Below, one piece after another: positions 10,123-20,465 of a stretch of DNA of 64,000 nucleotides (positions are counted from its first letter, which is position 1; each line of letters begins with the position of its first letter). Under the pieces are notes generated by a model. The model ran no database searches. It was not told the DNA's origin and saw only the letters and a program-made list of their open reading frames with translations. The translations under genes were made by a program, and so were the position numbers. The DNA comes from an uncultured Verrucomicrobiae bacterium (GTDB lineage Bacteria > Verrucomicrobiota > Verrucomicrobiia > Chthoniobacterales > Chthoniobacteraceae): assembly GCA_963836755.1 (NCBI GenBank), contig CAWIKF010000001.1, positions 608,001 to 672,000 on the forward strand, in the 5' to 3' direction.

Positions 10123-10182
10123 GCCTAGCCCTGCGATGCAGCTAACAGGCTCTGCTTGTAGCTAATCTTGTTCTCGTTAGGC
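10123..10182 (+). mobile_element. Degenerate integron attC site
   Basis: R'' GCCTAGC, 5 bp, L'' GATGCAGC ... L' GCTAATC, 8 bp, R' GTTAGGC; located between a stop codon and the next ATG. Confidence 0.7.
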
Positions 10183-10196
10183 GCTTTCCACGCACC

Positions 10197-10607
10197 ATGA
10201 GATTCGTTGTGTTAGCCGCGACTTTCTCGCTCCTTCCGGTGATTGCGTTCGCTCAATTCGGAGTCGAGGATACTCGCAATCTCGGCTTTGGATTCCGGTA
10301 TGAGACGCATGCAGAACCAACCAACTCTTCGTTCGAGAGCATCACACATCAGGCTTATCTATACTATGGTGATCGCAAGCTTTGCAATGTCGGCGAGTAT
10401 TCCATCGCTCCTAGCGGTAGATTCGCAATCTATCAAGATGGCCCTTCGGGAACGCTCTTTCTATTTCGTCGCGCTGACGGCAAGATATTCCAGCTTACTC
10501 CTAAGTCCATCGGATTTCCCGAGACGTTTGTATGGCACGAGCGAGTCCACACCGTTGAGGTTCATCTCGAACACATCAAGACCCCGGCGATATTCCAATT
10601 ACCATGA
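10197..10607 (+). CDS. Secreted hypothetical protein (cassette-like)
   Basis: Signal peptide MRFVVLAATFSLLPVIAFA; flanked by attC-like sites. Confidence 0.75.
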   Translation: MRFVVLAATFSLLPVIAFAQFGVEDTRNLGFGFRYETHAEPTNSSFESITHQAYLYYGDRKLCNVGEYSIAPSGRFAIYQDGPSGTLFLFRRADGKIFQLTPKSIGFPETFVWHERVHTVEVHLEHIKTPAIFQLP

Positions 10608-10715
10608 CAAGATGCGCTGCAGCGAACCGGTCCGCACGTCACCTGCTTCGGCCGCCGCCTTTCCACCATTCATTGGCAGGAGCTCCCTCGTAGCTGACCT
10701 TAATTTACATTAGAC
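10604..10715 (+). mobile_element. Eroded attC-like site
   Basis: L''-like GCTGCAGCGAAC (10616), L'-like GTAGCTGACC and R'-like ATTAGAC (10709-10715) 2 nt before the next start; R'' is decayed. Confidence 0.55.
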
Positions 10716-10717
10716 CC

Positions 10718-11191
10718 GTGAAGAAGCTGCTCCTACAGATCGCTGTTTACTTGAGCTTCTTTAGCTTTACTGCTTCTGGGCAAGATTATCTCAAGCGATA
10801 CGATAAGCCGCTAACCTATAAGCAGGCTATCAAAGAGAAGGACATCGATTTTCCTCTCCCTGCATCGAGCCATGATATCTACTATGCGATGTATGGCGAT
10901 TGGCAGGCTTACACGCGGCTGGTGCGTTTTGAGGCGCCGGTGGCGGATTGCGTGAAGCAGGTCGATGCGGTAATTGCGTGGGACGATAAGCTCTACAAAC
11001 GGACTTCCGCATATCATCGCTTCAAAGTCACCCACGTTGATGCGCCTGGCGCTGGATATCTGGATCCGACACCTTGGATTACTCCGGGGACAATCAAACG
11101 TGGATTGTATGCCGGCAAGGAGTCGAGCCACACTCCTGAGATCTGGATCGATCTCGACAGAGGTATCTTTTACTTCAAGGAGTGTGATTAA
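10718..11191 (+). CDS. Secreted hypothetical protein (cassette-like)
   Basis: GTG start; signal peptide MKKLLLQIAVYLSFFSFTASG; atypical codon usage. Confidence 0.75.
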   Translation: MKKLLLQIAVYLSFFSFTASGQDYLKRYDKPLTYKQAIKEKDIDFPLPASSHDIYYAMYGDWQAYTRLVRFEAPVADCVKQVDAVIAWDDKLYKRTSAYHRFKVTHVDAPGAGYLDPTPWITPGTIKRGLYAGKESSHTPEIWIDLDRGIFYFKECD

Positions 11192-11215
11192 ACTTCTGTC
11201 CGCTCCTTTGCAGAG

Positions 11216-12724
11216 CTAGCGCGGTTGTAAGACGACGAAGGAGCGGGTTTTGCCGCGGCAGATGAAGAGGATTTGCTTCGTGCCGGGCGCGAGCGATTGC
11301 ACGATGCGGTTGTAATCTGCCACGGACGTCACCGGCTGGCGCGCGATTTCCTCGATGACGTCGCCTTGCTGCAGCGATTCGGCGGCGGGGGAATTGGGGT
11401 CAATTTCCATGACCATCACCCCGTGCGCATTTGACGGCAGGTCGTTCTCGTGGTCAGGCGGGATTTCGCCCACGTGCAAGCCGGCGAAAACACTTTGCGC
11501 ATCGGCATTCGGCGGCGATGGCGGCGGCGGAGCGGGGAGTGTCGAGGAGGGCGGAGTCGCGGGCGACGAAAGCTGCGGCTGCTGGCGGACTTGCAGGTTT
11601 TGCGGTTGCTCGGCGATCGTGGCGCTGACGGTCTGCTCCGCGCCCGCGCGCAAGAAAGTCACATCAGCTTTGCTGCCGATCGGCACCGCGGCGACGCGCG
11701 CCCGCAGCTCCTGCACGTCGGCGACGGGATGGCCGTTGAGTTTCGTGATGACGTCGCCGCTGGTGATGCCGGCTTTTTCCGCGGGCGAATCGGCGGTGAC
11801 TTGCGCGACGAGCGCGCCCTGGTCGGACGCGAGGCCGAGCTGCTGCGCGAGGTCGGGCGTGAGCGGCTGGATCACGACACCGAGGTAGCCGTGGATGACG
11901 CGGCCGTTTTTCAAGATGCTCTCGAGCGTGCGCTTCGCCACGTTCGCCGGAATCGCGAAGCCGACGCCCTGCCAGCCGCCGGAGCCGGAATAAATGGAGG
12001 AATTGATGCCGATGATTTCGCCGCGCAGGTTCACGAGCGGGCCGCCGGAGTTGCCGGGATTGATCGCCGCGTCGGTCTGGAAAAATTCATTCGCGCTGCC
12101 TTGCATGGTGCGCCGGCCTTTCGCGCTGATGATTCCCTGCGTGACAGTTTCCTCGAGCCCGAACGGATTGCCGACGGCGATCACGCGCGAGCCGACGCGC
12201 ACTTTGTCGGAATCGCCGATCGGCAGCGGCGTGAAGCCGGCGCCCTCGACTTTCAAGACGGCGATGTCGGTATCGGGATCGGCGCCGATGATCTGCGCGG
12301 GCAATTCCTTCCCGTCGCTGAATTGCACGGTCACGGCGTCCACGTCGGCGACGACGTGGTGATTCGTCAAAATGTGGCCTTCCTTTGAAACGATGACTCC
12401 GGAGCCGAGCGACCGCTGCTCGCGCTGCTGCGGAATGCCGCGGAGGCGCCGGTTGAAGAACATGTCGAACGGGTCGATCACGTAGCCCGACGTGACGTGC
12501 TTCGACGCCGTGATGCTGACGACCGACGGGACAACCGCATCGACGAGCTTCGTGTATTCCTCCTCCATCGCCGCGAGAACTTTGACGTCATTGAGATCAA
12601 TTTTGTCGGCGGCGGCCGGCGTGAATTTTTCCGGCTGATGCACGAGCGCGTGCTTTTGATTCCACTGGAAAAGCGCGAGCACGCAGAGCGCGACGAGGAT
12701 GACAAAGATGAGGAAGCGTTTCAT
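11216..12724 (-). CDS. htrA: HtrA/DegP/DegQ-family serine protease with two PDZ domains
   Basis: GSGVIV..GHILTNHHV, DIAVLK and QTDAAINPGNSGGPL catalytic triad motifs; N-terminal anchor. Confidence 0.95.
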   Translation of the reverse strand: MKRFLIFVILVALCVLALFQWNQKHALVHQPEKFTPAAADKIDLNDVKVLAAMEEEYTKLVDAVVPSVVSITASKHVTSGYVIDPFDMFFNRRLRGIPQQREQRSLGSGVIVSKEGHILTNHHVVADVDAVTVQFSDGKELPAQIIGADPDTDIAVLKVEGAGFTPLPIGDSDKVRVGSRVIAVGNPFGLEETVTQGIISAKGRRTMQGSANEFFQTDAAINPGNSGGPLVNLRGEIIGINSSIYSGSGGWQGVGFAIPANVAKRTLESILKNGRVIHGYLGVVIQPLTPDLAQQLGLASDQGALVAQVTADSPAEKAGITSGDVITKLNGHPVADVQELRARVAAVPIGSKADVTFLRAGAEQTVSATIAEQPQNLQVRQQPQLSSPATPPSSTLPAPPPPSPPNADAQSVFAGLHVGEIPPDHENDLPSNAHGVMVMEIDPNSPAAESLQQGDVIEEIARQPVTSVADYNRIVQSLAPGTKQILFICRGKTRSFVVLQPR

Positions 12725-14801
12725 TCAGCTGATTTGCGCGAGCATAAGTTTTTTCTGTTCCGACAATTAAATCGCGGAAGCGTTGGTTTTCGGCGCGATT
12801 TAAATTTGGATCGTCGGCGTAGATCCGCAGCGCCGCCTGCCGCGCGAGCTGCATCAAATCTTGATCGGCGGTGAGGCTGCCGAGCTTGAGCGGCGGCAAT
12901 CCGCTCTGCGCCGTGCCGAGGATGTCGCCCGGCCCGCGCAGCCGCAAATCGGCTTCCGCGATTTTGAAACCATCCGCCGTCTCCTCCAGCGTCCGCAATT
13001 TTTCCACGGCCTCCGCGTTCGCCGCGTCGCTGAGCAAAATGCAATACGACTTGTGCGCGCCGCGCCCGATCCGCCCGCGCAACTGGTGCAACTGCGCGAG
13101 CCCGAAGCGCTCCGCGTTTTCCACGAGCATCAGGTTCGCGTTCGGCACATCGATGCCAACTTCGATCACCGTGGTCGCGATGAGCGCCTTCGTCTCGCCG
13201 CGCCGGAAGCGTTCCATGATCGCCTCTTTTTCCGCCGGCTCGATGCGCCCGTGCAAAAGCTCGCACGGCATCGGCGCGAGCAGCGTGCGCCATTTTTCAA
13301 ACTCGACTGCCGCCGCCTTCGCATCGAGCTTCGCCGACTCGTCGATCAATGGGTAAACGATGTAACACTGCCGTCCCGCGTCGAGCTGCTGCCGGAGAAA
13401 TTTCAACGCATCCGGCAGCTTCGCCGTGTCGCGCACCGCGGTGATGATTTTGCCGCGGCCCGCCGGCATTTCGTCGAGCGTCGAGACATCGAGGTCGCCG
13501 TAAAAAGTCATCGTCAGCGTGCGCGGAATCGGCGTCGCCGTCATCACGAGCACGTCCGGCGCGGCGGCCTGCTCGAGCAAACGCGCGCGCTGCATCACAC
13601 CGAATTTGTGCTGCTCGTCGATCACCGCGAGGCCGAGTCGCGAAAATTTGACGCCCTCGTAAAGCAGCGCATGCGTGCCGATCATGATCTGTGGCTCTCC
13701 GCCGGCCGGCGCGCCATCGAAAAGCGGCAGCGCCGTTTCCTCCTGTCGCGCGCCGGTGCGAAGGGCGACGTTCACGCCGAGCGGCCGCAGCCAGCGGCAA
13801 AAGTTTAAATAATGTTGCTCCGCCAAAATTTGCGTCGGCGCCATCAACGCCGCTTGGAATCCCGCTTCCACCGCGCAAAGCATCGCGGCCAGCGCGACCA
13901 CCGTTTTGCCCGAGCCGACGTCGCCGTGCAGCAAACGGTTCATCGGATGCGGCGCCAAAAGATCGGCGCGAATTTCCCCGATGACGCGCTCCTGCGCGGA
14001 AGTGAGCGCAAACGGCAGCAGCTTCAGAAACTTTGACGCCAGTTCGCCACTGCCCGCATGCGACTCGCCGCGACGCGCGCGATTTTCCGCGCGCTTCGAG
14101 CCGACAAAAAGTTGCATCGCAAAAAATTCCGCGAGCACGAGATGAAGTCGCGCGCGTGCGCGCAGCTCCTCGCTTTCCGGAAAATGAATTTGCTGCAACG
14201 CCTCGCGAAGCGGCATGGAATCAAGCTCCGCAGGCAGCCTCTCCAAAAAGTTTGCGCCACGCGTTGCATCGAGCACGCGAAAAATCGTTTCGCGCAAAGC
14301 CCGCTGAGTCAGCCCTTCCGTCGCGCGATAAATCGGCGTGATCCGCTTGAGGTGAATCGAAACGTCCTCGTCATTTTCCACGATTTCAAACTCCGGATGA
14401 TCGATGCACATTTTTTTCCCGCGCAATTTCGGCCGGCCGAAAACGACAAGCCGCTGCCCGGTCGCGATCATTTTTTGCACGAAGTGCGCATTGAACCAGC
14501 GGCACACCAGCGGCTCGCTGAGCGCGTGCGCTGCCTCTTCCTCGAGCGTGATCTCAAAAAGTTTCTTCCAGCCCGGAAGCCGCTTCACTGCTGTCTTCGC
14601 GACGATTCCGCAGACGCAGACCGGCGTCTCACTTTCCTGCTGCGGAAAGTGATCGAACCGCGTGCGATCCTCGTATCGGCGCGGGAAATGCGTGAGCAAA
14701 TCTTCAACGGTCGCGAGGCCGAAACGCTCGAGCTGCCGCGCGCGCTGCGGCGGAATCCATTCGATTTCCCTGAGCGGAGTTTCGAGCTGCGGCGCAGTCA
14801 T
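12725..14801 (-). CDS. recG: ATP-dependent DNA helicase RecG (apparent +1 frameshift near 12760; uncorrected ORF runs to 12597)
   Basis: MNRLLHGDVGSGKT, DEQHKFG, MTATPIPRTL and QLHQLRGRIGRG motifs; ATG 14801 overlaps the recJ stop. Confidence 0.95.
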
Positions 14802-16489
14802 CCCGCCGCCGCGGCGCGCACCGCCTTGATTTCGAGCTGCGTCGAGACGCGGCCTTCCCACTCGTTTCGAGCCACTTGGAACGCGACATCCCACGGCGGC
14901 GGCGGCAGCTCCATTTCCGCTGCGTTGAAAAAAATCGCCGGATGCGTGCGGCCGTTTTGACGAAGCACGAGACGAAGATGCTTTTCCTTCAGGATGCGCG
15001 AATCGGCAAATTTCACATCGCGCGCGAAGAACACCGGCTGCGCATTGCCGATGCCGAAAGGCTGAAGCGAATCATGGCCGTCGAGAAAGGCGAGATCGAG
15101 TTCGCCGAGCGAGATTTCGCCATCGACGCGGAGGCGCGGCTGCAATTGTTCATCGGTCAAAAACTCGCGCGCGCAGCGCAAAAAGGCGCGTTGAAAATCC
15201 GCGAACCGTTCCTCGCGAATCGTGAGGCCGGCGGCCATTTCGTGCCCGCCAAACTTTTCGAGAAACTCCGCGCATTCACTGAGCGCCTTGACCAGCGAAA
15301 GCCCATCAATGCTGCGTCCGCTGCCTTTTCCAAGTCCGCTTTCATCAAAGCCAATCACGAGCGCCGGCCGATGATTGGCGCGGGCGAGACGCGACGCGAC
15401 GATGCCGAGAACGCCTGGATGCCAGCCGCTCTCGCCGACGATGATTGCGGCGTCGCGCGAGGCGGAAAACTGCGCGACAACTTTTTCTTCCGCTTGTTTA
15501 ACGATCTTTTTTTCGACCTCCTGCCGTTCGCGATTCTGCGCATCGAGACTCGCGGCAATTTCGCGCGCGCGCGCCGCGTCATCCGTGAGTAAAAGTTCGA
15601 GCGCCTGCTCCGCACTCGCGAGCCGGCCGGCGGCGTTGATGCGTGGGCCGAGCTTGAATCCAACATCGCCCGCGCTCACCGGCGCGCGAACGCCGGCAAC
15701 CTCGACGAGCGCTCGGATGCCGGGCCAACGAGTGCGGGTGATTTGTCGCAGGCCACGCTGCACGAGGATTCGATTTTCGCCGATGAGCGGCACGATGTCC
15801 GCGACCGTGCCGAGCGCGACAAGATCGAGATAATCGCGCAGATCAAAATCCGCGAGCGGTCGCGTTTTCAGCAGCGCGTGGCACGCCTTGAAGACGATGC
15901 CGACGCTGCAGAGATGGTGAAAATCTTCGCCCAGCTTTGGGTTCACGAGCGCCACGCACTCCGGCAGGCTGCCCTTGCATTCATGGTGATCGAAAACGAT
16001 CGCGTCCACGCCCTGCTCGCGCAGCTGCGCGATCTCCGCCGCCGAGCAGGTGCCGCAGTCGAGTGCGAGGAGCAGCTGGGGTCTGCAACTTTTTAAACAA
16101 CGGCTGATTCCTTCCGCGCTCAAGCCGTAGCCTTCATCCATGCGCATCGGCAAAAAAGTTTGCGGCTGCGCGCCGAACGCCCGCAGCACGCGCGCGAAAA
16201 GCGCGAGCGACGTGACGCCGTCCACATCGTAGTCGCCGTAAAGGACGATCCGTTCGCCGCGGTCGATCGCGATGAGGATGCGATCGATCGCCTCGCGCAT
16301 GTGCGGCAGCAAAAACGGATCGCGCAAAGTTTTCAGCCGCGGAAACAAAAATTCGCGCGCTTCCGCGGCACTCGTGAAGCCGCGCCGGCAAAGGTGCGCC
16401 GCGAGAAATGGCGCGAGCGAAAGTTCCTCGCAAAGCGCGCGCGACAGCGCCGCATCGGCCGGCTCGGGAAAAATCCAGCGCACGCTCAC
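14798..16489 (-). CDS. recJ: ssDNA exonuclease RecJ
   Basis: YGDYDVDG, DHH, LVALGTVAD and GGHEMAAG motifs; GTG 16489 overlaps the upstream stop. Confidence 0.95.
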   Translation of the reverse strand: MSVRWIFPEPADAALSRALCEELSLAPFLAAHLCRRGFTSAAEAREFLFPRLKTLRDPFLLPHMREAIDRILIAIDRGERIVLYGDYDVDGVTSLALFARVLRAFGAQPQTFLPMRMDEGYGLSAEGISRCLKSCRPQLLLALDCGTCSAAEIAQLREQGVDAIVFDHHECKGSLPECVALVNPKLGEDFHHLCSVGIVFKACHALLKTRPLADFDLRDYLDLVALGTVADIVPLIGENRILVQRGLRQITRTRWPGIRALVEVAGVRAPVSAGDVGFKLGPRINAAGRLASAEQALELLLTDDAARAREIAASLDAQNRERQEVEKKIVKQAEEKVVAQFSASRDAAIIVGESGWHPGVLGIVASRLARANHRPALVIGFDESGLGKGSGRSIDGLSLVKALSECAEFLEKFGGHEMAAGLTIREERFADFQRAFLRCAREFLTDEQLQPRLRVDGEISLGELDLAFLDGHDSLQPFGIGNAQPVFFARDVKFADSRILKEKHLRLVLRQNGRTHPAIFFNAAEMELPPPPWDVAFQVARNEWEGRVSTQLEIKAVRAAAAG

Positions 16490-19158
16490 TCCTGCGATTG
16501 GCCGACGATGCCGAAGCTGCGCGTCACGAGCGCGGTCCAGCCGGTTTGATGACTCGCGCCGAGGCCGCGTCCCGTCTCGCCGTGAAAATATTCGTGGAAA
16601 AGCACGAGGTCGCGCCAATGCGGATCATCGGCAAAACGGGTATCATCGCCGTTGCACGGACGGCGTCCATTTTCATCCGGCATGAAAATTCCGGAGAGCC
16701 GCCGGGCCAGTTCCTGAGCCACTTCGCAAAGGTTTAACATTTTTCCGGAACCGGTCGGGCACTCGACTTTCAGCTCGTCGCCATAAAAATGGTGATAACG
16801 CTCGAGCGCCTCGATCAGCAGATAATTGAGCGGAAACCAGACCGGCCCGCGCCAGTTGGAATTGCCGCCGAAAAGTCCGCTGCGCGATTCCGCCGGTTCG
16901 TAATCGATGCAATATTCCGTGCCGTCGATCTGCAAAGCGTAAGGGTTTTGATAAACACGTGAAAGCGAGCGGACGCCGTGCGGCGAGAGAAATTCGTTTT
17001 CATCCAGCACGTAGCGCAGCACGCGCAGAAGGCGCTCGCGCGATGGGATCGCGAGCAACCGCCGCGTGAGCGGCTCGCCGTCGAGCGATTTTTTATCCAT
17101 GTAGGAAATGTAGTTCGCGAGATCGGGGCGATTGTGGATGAACCAGCGCAGGCGCTTGCGAAAGCCGGGCAGTTTTTCGATCACGGACTGCTCGAGAATT
17201 TCCACCGCGAAAAGCGGGACGACGCCGACGAGCGATCGCACGCGAAGCGGGATGGCACGGCCCTCGACGAGCAATTGATCGTAATAAAATCCGTCCTCCT
17301 CATTCCAAAGTCCGTTGCCGCCGAGCGAGTTCATCGCATCGACGATATCCACGAAATGCTCGAAAAACTTTGAGGCGATATCTTCGTAAGCTGGCTTCGT
17401 TTGCGCGAGCTCGAGCGCCATCGAAAGCATCGTGCCGCAATAAAAAGCCATCCACGCCGTGCCATCGGCCTGCTGCAGCGCCTGGCCATTCGGAAGCGGT
17501 TTTGAGCGATCGAAAAGTCCGATGTTGTCGAGACCGAGAAAGCCGCCGGAGAAAATGTGCTTGCCGTTGACGTCCTTGCGATTGACCCACCACGTAAAGT
17601 TTAACAAAAGTTTTTGGAACGTGCGCTCGAGAAAAAGTGTGTCGCGCTCGCCGGCGGGAGCGCTGATTTTATAGGCGCGCCAGCAGGCCCACGCGTGCAC
17701 GGGCGGATTCACGTCGCTGAAATTCCACTCGTAAGCGGGGATCGCGCCGCTCGGGTGCAGATACCATTCCCGCAAAAAAAGCAGGAGCTGCGACTTCGCG
17801 AAATCCGGATCGAGACGCGAAAATGGGATCATGTGAAAAGCGAGATCCCACGCGGCATACCACGGATATTCCCATTTCTCCGGCATCGAAATCACGTCGC
17901 TGTTAAACAAGTTTAGCCAGTCGAAATTCCGCGTGTGCGCGTGGCCCGGCGGCGGGGGCGGCATTGCGGGGTCGCCGGCGAGCCAATCCTTGATGATGTA
18001 ATTGTAAAACTGCTTTGTCCAAAGCAGCCCGGCATAGGCCTGGCGGACGATGGCGCGCTGCGGGTCGGTCAGCGTCGACGCAACTTTTTCCGCGTAGAAC
18101 GCATCGGCCTCCGCGATGCGTTTCGCGAAAATTTCTTCAAAGTCTGTGAACGCATCGTTGTCGTTTGTTGCCGAACCGTTTGTCTTCGGGCGCAAGCGCA
18201 TCCGCAGCGTCGCGCTTTCTCCGCTCGCGAGGTTCAAGACGTAATGCGGCGCGGCCTTTGTGCCGACGGCGCTGGGATTCACGGCGTCGGTTTTTCCATT
18301 CACGACAAATTCGTGAAACGCATCTTTAACAAATGGAGAAGCATTCGCAGAGTTGAACAAGCGTTGCTCGTTCGTTTCATTCTCGGTGAAAAGAAACGGC
18401 GCTTCTGTCTCGATGAAAAATTCAAACTGCCCGAGCCCCGGGTGCGTCGCGATCAGCGCGGAAGCGCTCTGTTGCTCGATTCGCGGCTTGAGCGTGCAGC
18501 CTTCGTGCGAACAGCCCCAGCTCCAGGTGTTGCGAAAAAAGAGCGTCGGCAAAACGTGAATCTCCGCAGCGTCAGGCCCTCGATTGGCGATGGTCAGCCG
18601 GATGAGAATGTCGTCGGGCGCGGCTTTCGCGTATTCCGCCGTCACGTCGAAGTAGCGCGATTCGTCGAAAATGCCGGTGTCGAGCAATTCGAATTCGCGC
18701 TCGTCCTTCCCACGGCGCGCGTTTTCCTCGATCAGCCGCGCATACGGAAATTCCGCGTGCGGGTATTTGTAGAGCCCTTTCGCGTAGGAATGCGTCGGCG
18801 TCGCGTCGAGGTAGAAATAACATTCCTTCACATCCTCGCCGTGATTTCCCTGCGGATTCGAGAGGCCGAAAAGGCGCTCTTTTAAAATGGGATCGCGGCC
18901 ATTCCAAAGCGCGAGCGCAAAGCAGAGACGGCATTCGCGGTCGCACCAGCCGAGCAGGCCGTCCTCGCCCCAGCGGTAGGCGCGGCTGCGCGCGTGATCG
19001 TGCGGGAGATAATTCCACGCGTCGCCGTCGGCCGAATAATCCTCGCGCACGGTGCCCCATTGGCGCTCGGAAAGGTAGGTGCCCCAGCGCTTCCAATTCT
19101 GCGCGCGCGCCGCGTCTTCATCGAGGCGCTGTTGCTCTGCGATCGGCGCGTCAGGCAT
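16486..19158 (-). CDS. MGH1-like / GH63-type glycoside hydrolase (glucosidase)
   Basis: WGTYLSERQWGTVREDYS, SMPEKWEYPWYAAWDLAFH and GLGASHQTGWT motifs. Confidence 0.9.
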   Translation of the reverse strand: MPDAPIAEQQRLDEDAARAQNWKRWGTYLSERQWGTVREDYSADGDAWNYLPHDHARSRAYRWGEDGLLGWCDRECRLCFALALWNGRDPILKERLFGLSNPQGNHGEDVKECYFYLDATPTHSYAKGLYKYPHAEFPYARLIEENARRGKDEREFELLDTGIFDESRYFDVTAEYAKAAPDDILIRLTIANRGPDAAEIHVLPTLFFRNTWSWGCSHEGCTLKPRIEQQSASALIATHPGLGQFEFFIETEAPFLFTENETNEQRLFNSANASPFVKDAFHEFVVNGKTDAVNPSAVGTKAAPHYVLNLASGESATLRMRLRPKTNGSATNDNDAFTDFEEIFAKRIAEADAFYAEKVASTLTDPQRAIVRQAYAGLLWTKQFYNYIIKDWLAGDPAMPPPPPGHAHTRNFDWLNLFNSDVISMPEKWEYPWYAAWDLAFHMIPFSRLDPDFAKSQLLLFLREWYLHPSGAIPAYEWNFSDVNPPVHAWACWRAYKISAPAGERDTLFLERTFQKLLLNFTWWVNRKDVNGKHIFSGGFLGLDNIGLFDRSKPLPNGQALQQADGTAWMAFYCGTMLSMALELAQTKPAYEDIASKFFEHFVDIVDAMNSLGGNGLWNEEDGFYYDQLLVEGRAIPLRVRSLVGVVPLFAVEILEQSVIEKLPGFRKRLRWFIHNRPDLANYISYMDKKSLDGEPLTRRLLAIPSRERLLRVLRYVLDENEFLSPHGVRSLSRVYQNPYALQIDGTEYCIDYEPAESRSGLFGGNSNWRGPVWFPLNYLLIEALERYHHFYGDELKVECPTGSGKMLNLCEVAQELARRLSGIFMPDENGRRPCNGDDTRFADDPHWRDLVLFHEYFHGETGRGLGASHQTGWTALVTRSFGIVGQSQE

Positions 19159-20264
19159 TTACCTGGATCACGTTTTTAATTCCGGTCGCCGGACCGAGCA
19201 CAAGATTCTCCAGATCGCTCATCGGGAAATGTCCGGTGATGAGCGATTCGGTCGCTCCCGGCCAGCGTGCGGAAAATTTCCCGAGGTCCTCGATCGCCGC
19301 GATGTATGCGCCGCGGCCGGCGTTGACGGAGCCGAAGACGACCTGATTTTTCAAGACGAGATTGCGCATGATGAGATCGGTATCGAGCTCGACGGGTGCT
19401 TTGCGGCCCGGCACTCCGGTGAAAATGAAAATGCCGTTTGTGCCGAGGACGCGGAGAGTGTCGAACGCGAATTTCGATGCGCCGGTCGCTTCGTAAACGA
19501 GATCGATGTTGCCAATTTCCTGCGCGAGCTGGTCGATGGTGTGGTCGCTCGATGAGATGTAAGTGCCGCCGATTTTTTGCACGAGCTCTGAGCTCGGATT
19601 CGGCGCGGCGTCGCGCGAGTAAACAAATGTTTTAAAACCTGCGATGACCAGCGCCATCGCGCCGAGCAGGCCGACGGGGCCCGCGCCGAGCACGAGCGCT
19701 TTGTGCACGTAGCTGTCCGTCGCGTCCGACGGCTCGCCCCACGGCAGCCGCTTTTGCATTTGCAAAGCCTCCGAGATCGCCTTCTCCGCGATCGTCAGCG
19801 GCTCGGTCAGCACGCCGACGTCGTTGCAATTCCGGCGGCACGCGAAACATGTATTTCTCCTCGTCCACGACGAGCTCCGTCATGAAGCCGTGCAGCTCAT
19901 CGATGCCGCGTTCCTTGAAGTCGCCGGTGTAACAAAAATCCTGCCGCCCCGCGCGGCACGCGTAGCACTCGGGATGATCGCACGGCCTGCGAACCATGGT
20001 CACCACTAGATCGCCGGGTTTTAAACTTTGCACGCCAGAGCCGATCTCGATGACTTCGCCGAGCGATTCGTGACCGAGCACGAGGTAGTCGGAGCCGGCT
20101 GGCGGGCGGCCGTAATCGAAATGGCAAATCTCCTTGTCGGTGCCGCAGACGCCGACTTCGCGCATGCGAAGTTTTACTTCCGTGGGCGACGAAATTTGCG
20201 GCTCGGGATGATCGTCGATGACTTTGATCTCGTGAGTTTTTGGAAAAACGGCGACGGCTCTCAT
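19151..20264 (-). CDS. Zn-dependent glucose 1-dehydrogenase (MDR family), split by a +1 frameshift near 19826
   Basis: GVCGTD and LGHESLG in one frame; (NDVG)VLTEP, VLGAGPVGLL and VFGSVNA in the next frame. Confidence 0.85.
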
Positions 20265-20300
20265 TGGAATCACGATGCCAGAGGTCGAGCGAAACCACAG

Positions 20301-20461
20301 TTGAATTTTTCAATTCACCCGCTAAGCTTCCGCGTCATGATCGTTTGTTTAAACAGCCGACTTAAGCCGCTCCGGGCCCAGCTCGGAGCGATTCTGTTTT
20401 TCTAACCCGGCTGCGCTGCTCATGGTGGAGGCGGCGGAGGCCGCGCGTCTTTTCCACCGTG
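20301..20461 (+). promoter_or_regulatory. Putative leuA promoter and attenuator-like leader (leader peptide 20337-20405)
   Basis: TTGAAT-16-TAAGCT; ORF MIVCLNSRLKPLRAQLGAILFF (5 Leu); hairpins at 20368-20390 (followed by a T-rich tract) and 20421-20461. Confidence 0.55.
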
Positions 20462-20465
20462 AATT

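Noticed and set aside
9185..11191. Prophage or IS origin for the lower-GC islands
   Set aside because: No phage structural, integrase or transposase genes, terminal inverted repeats or target-site duplications were recognised.
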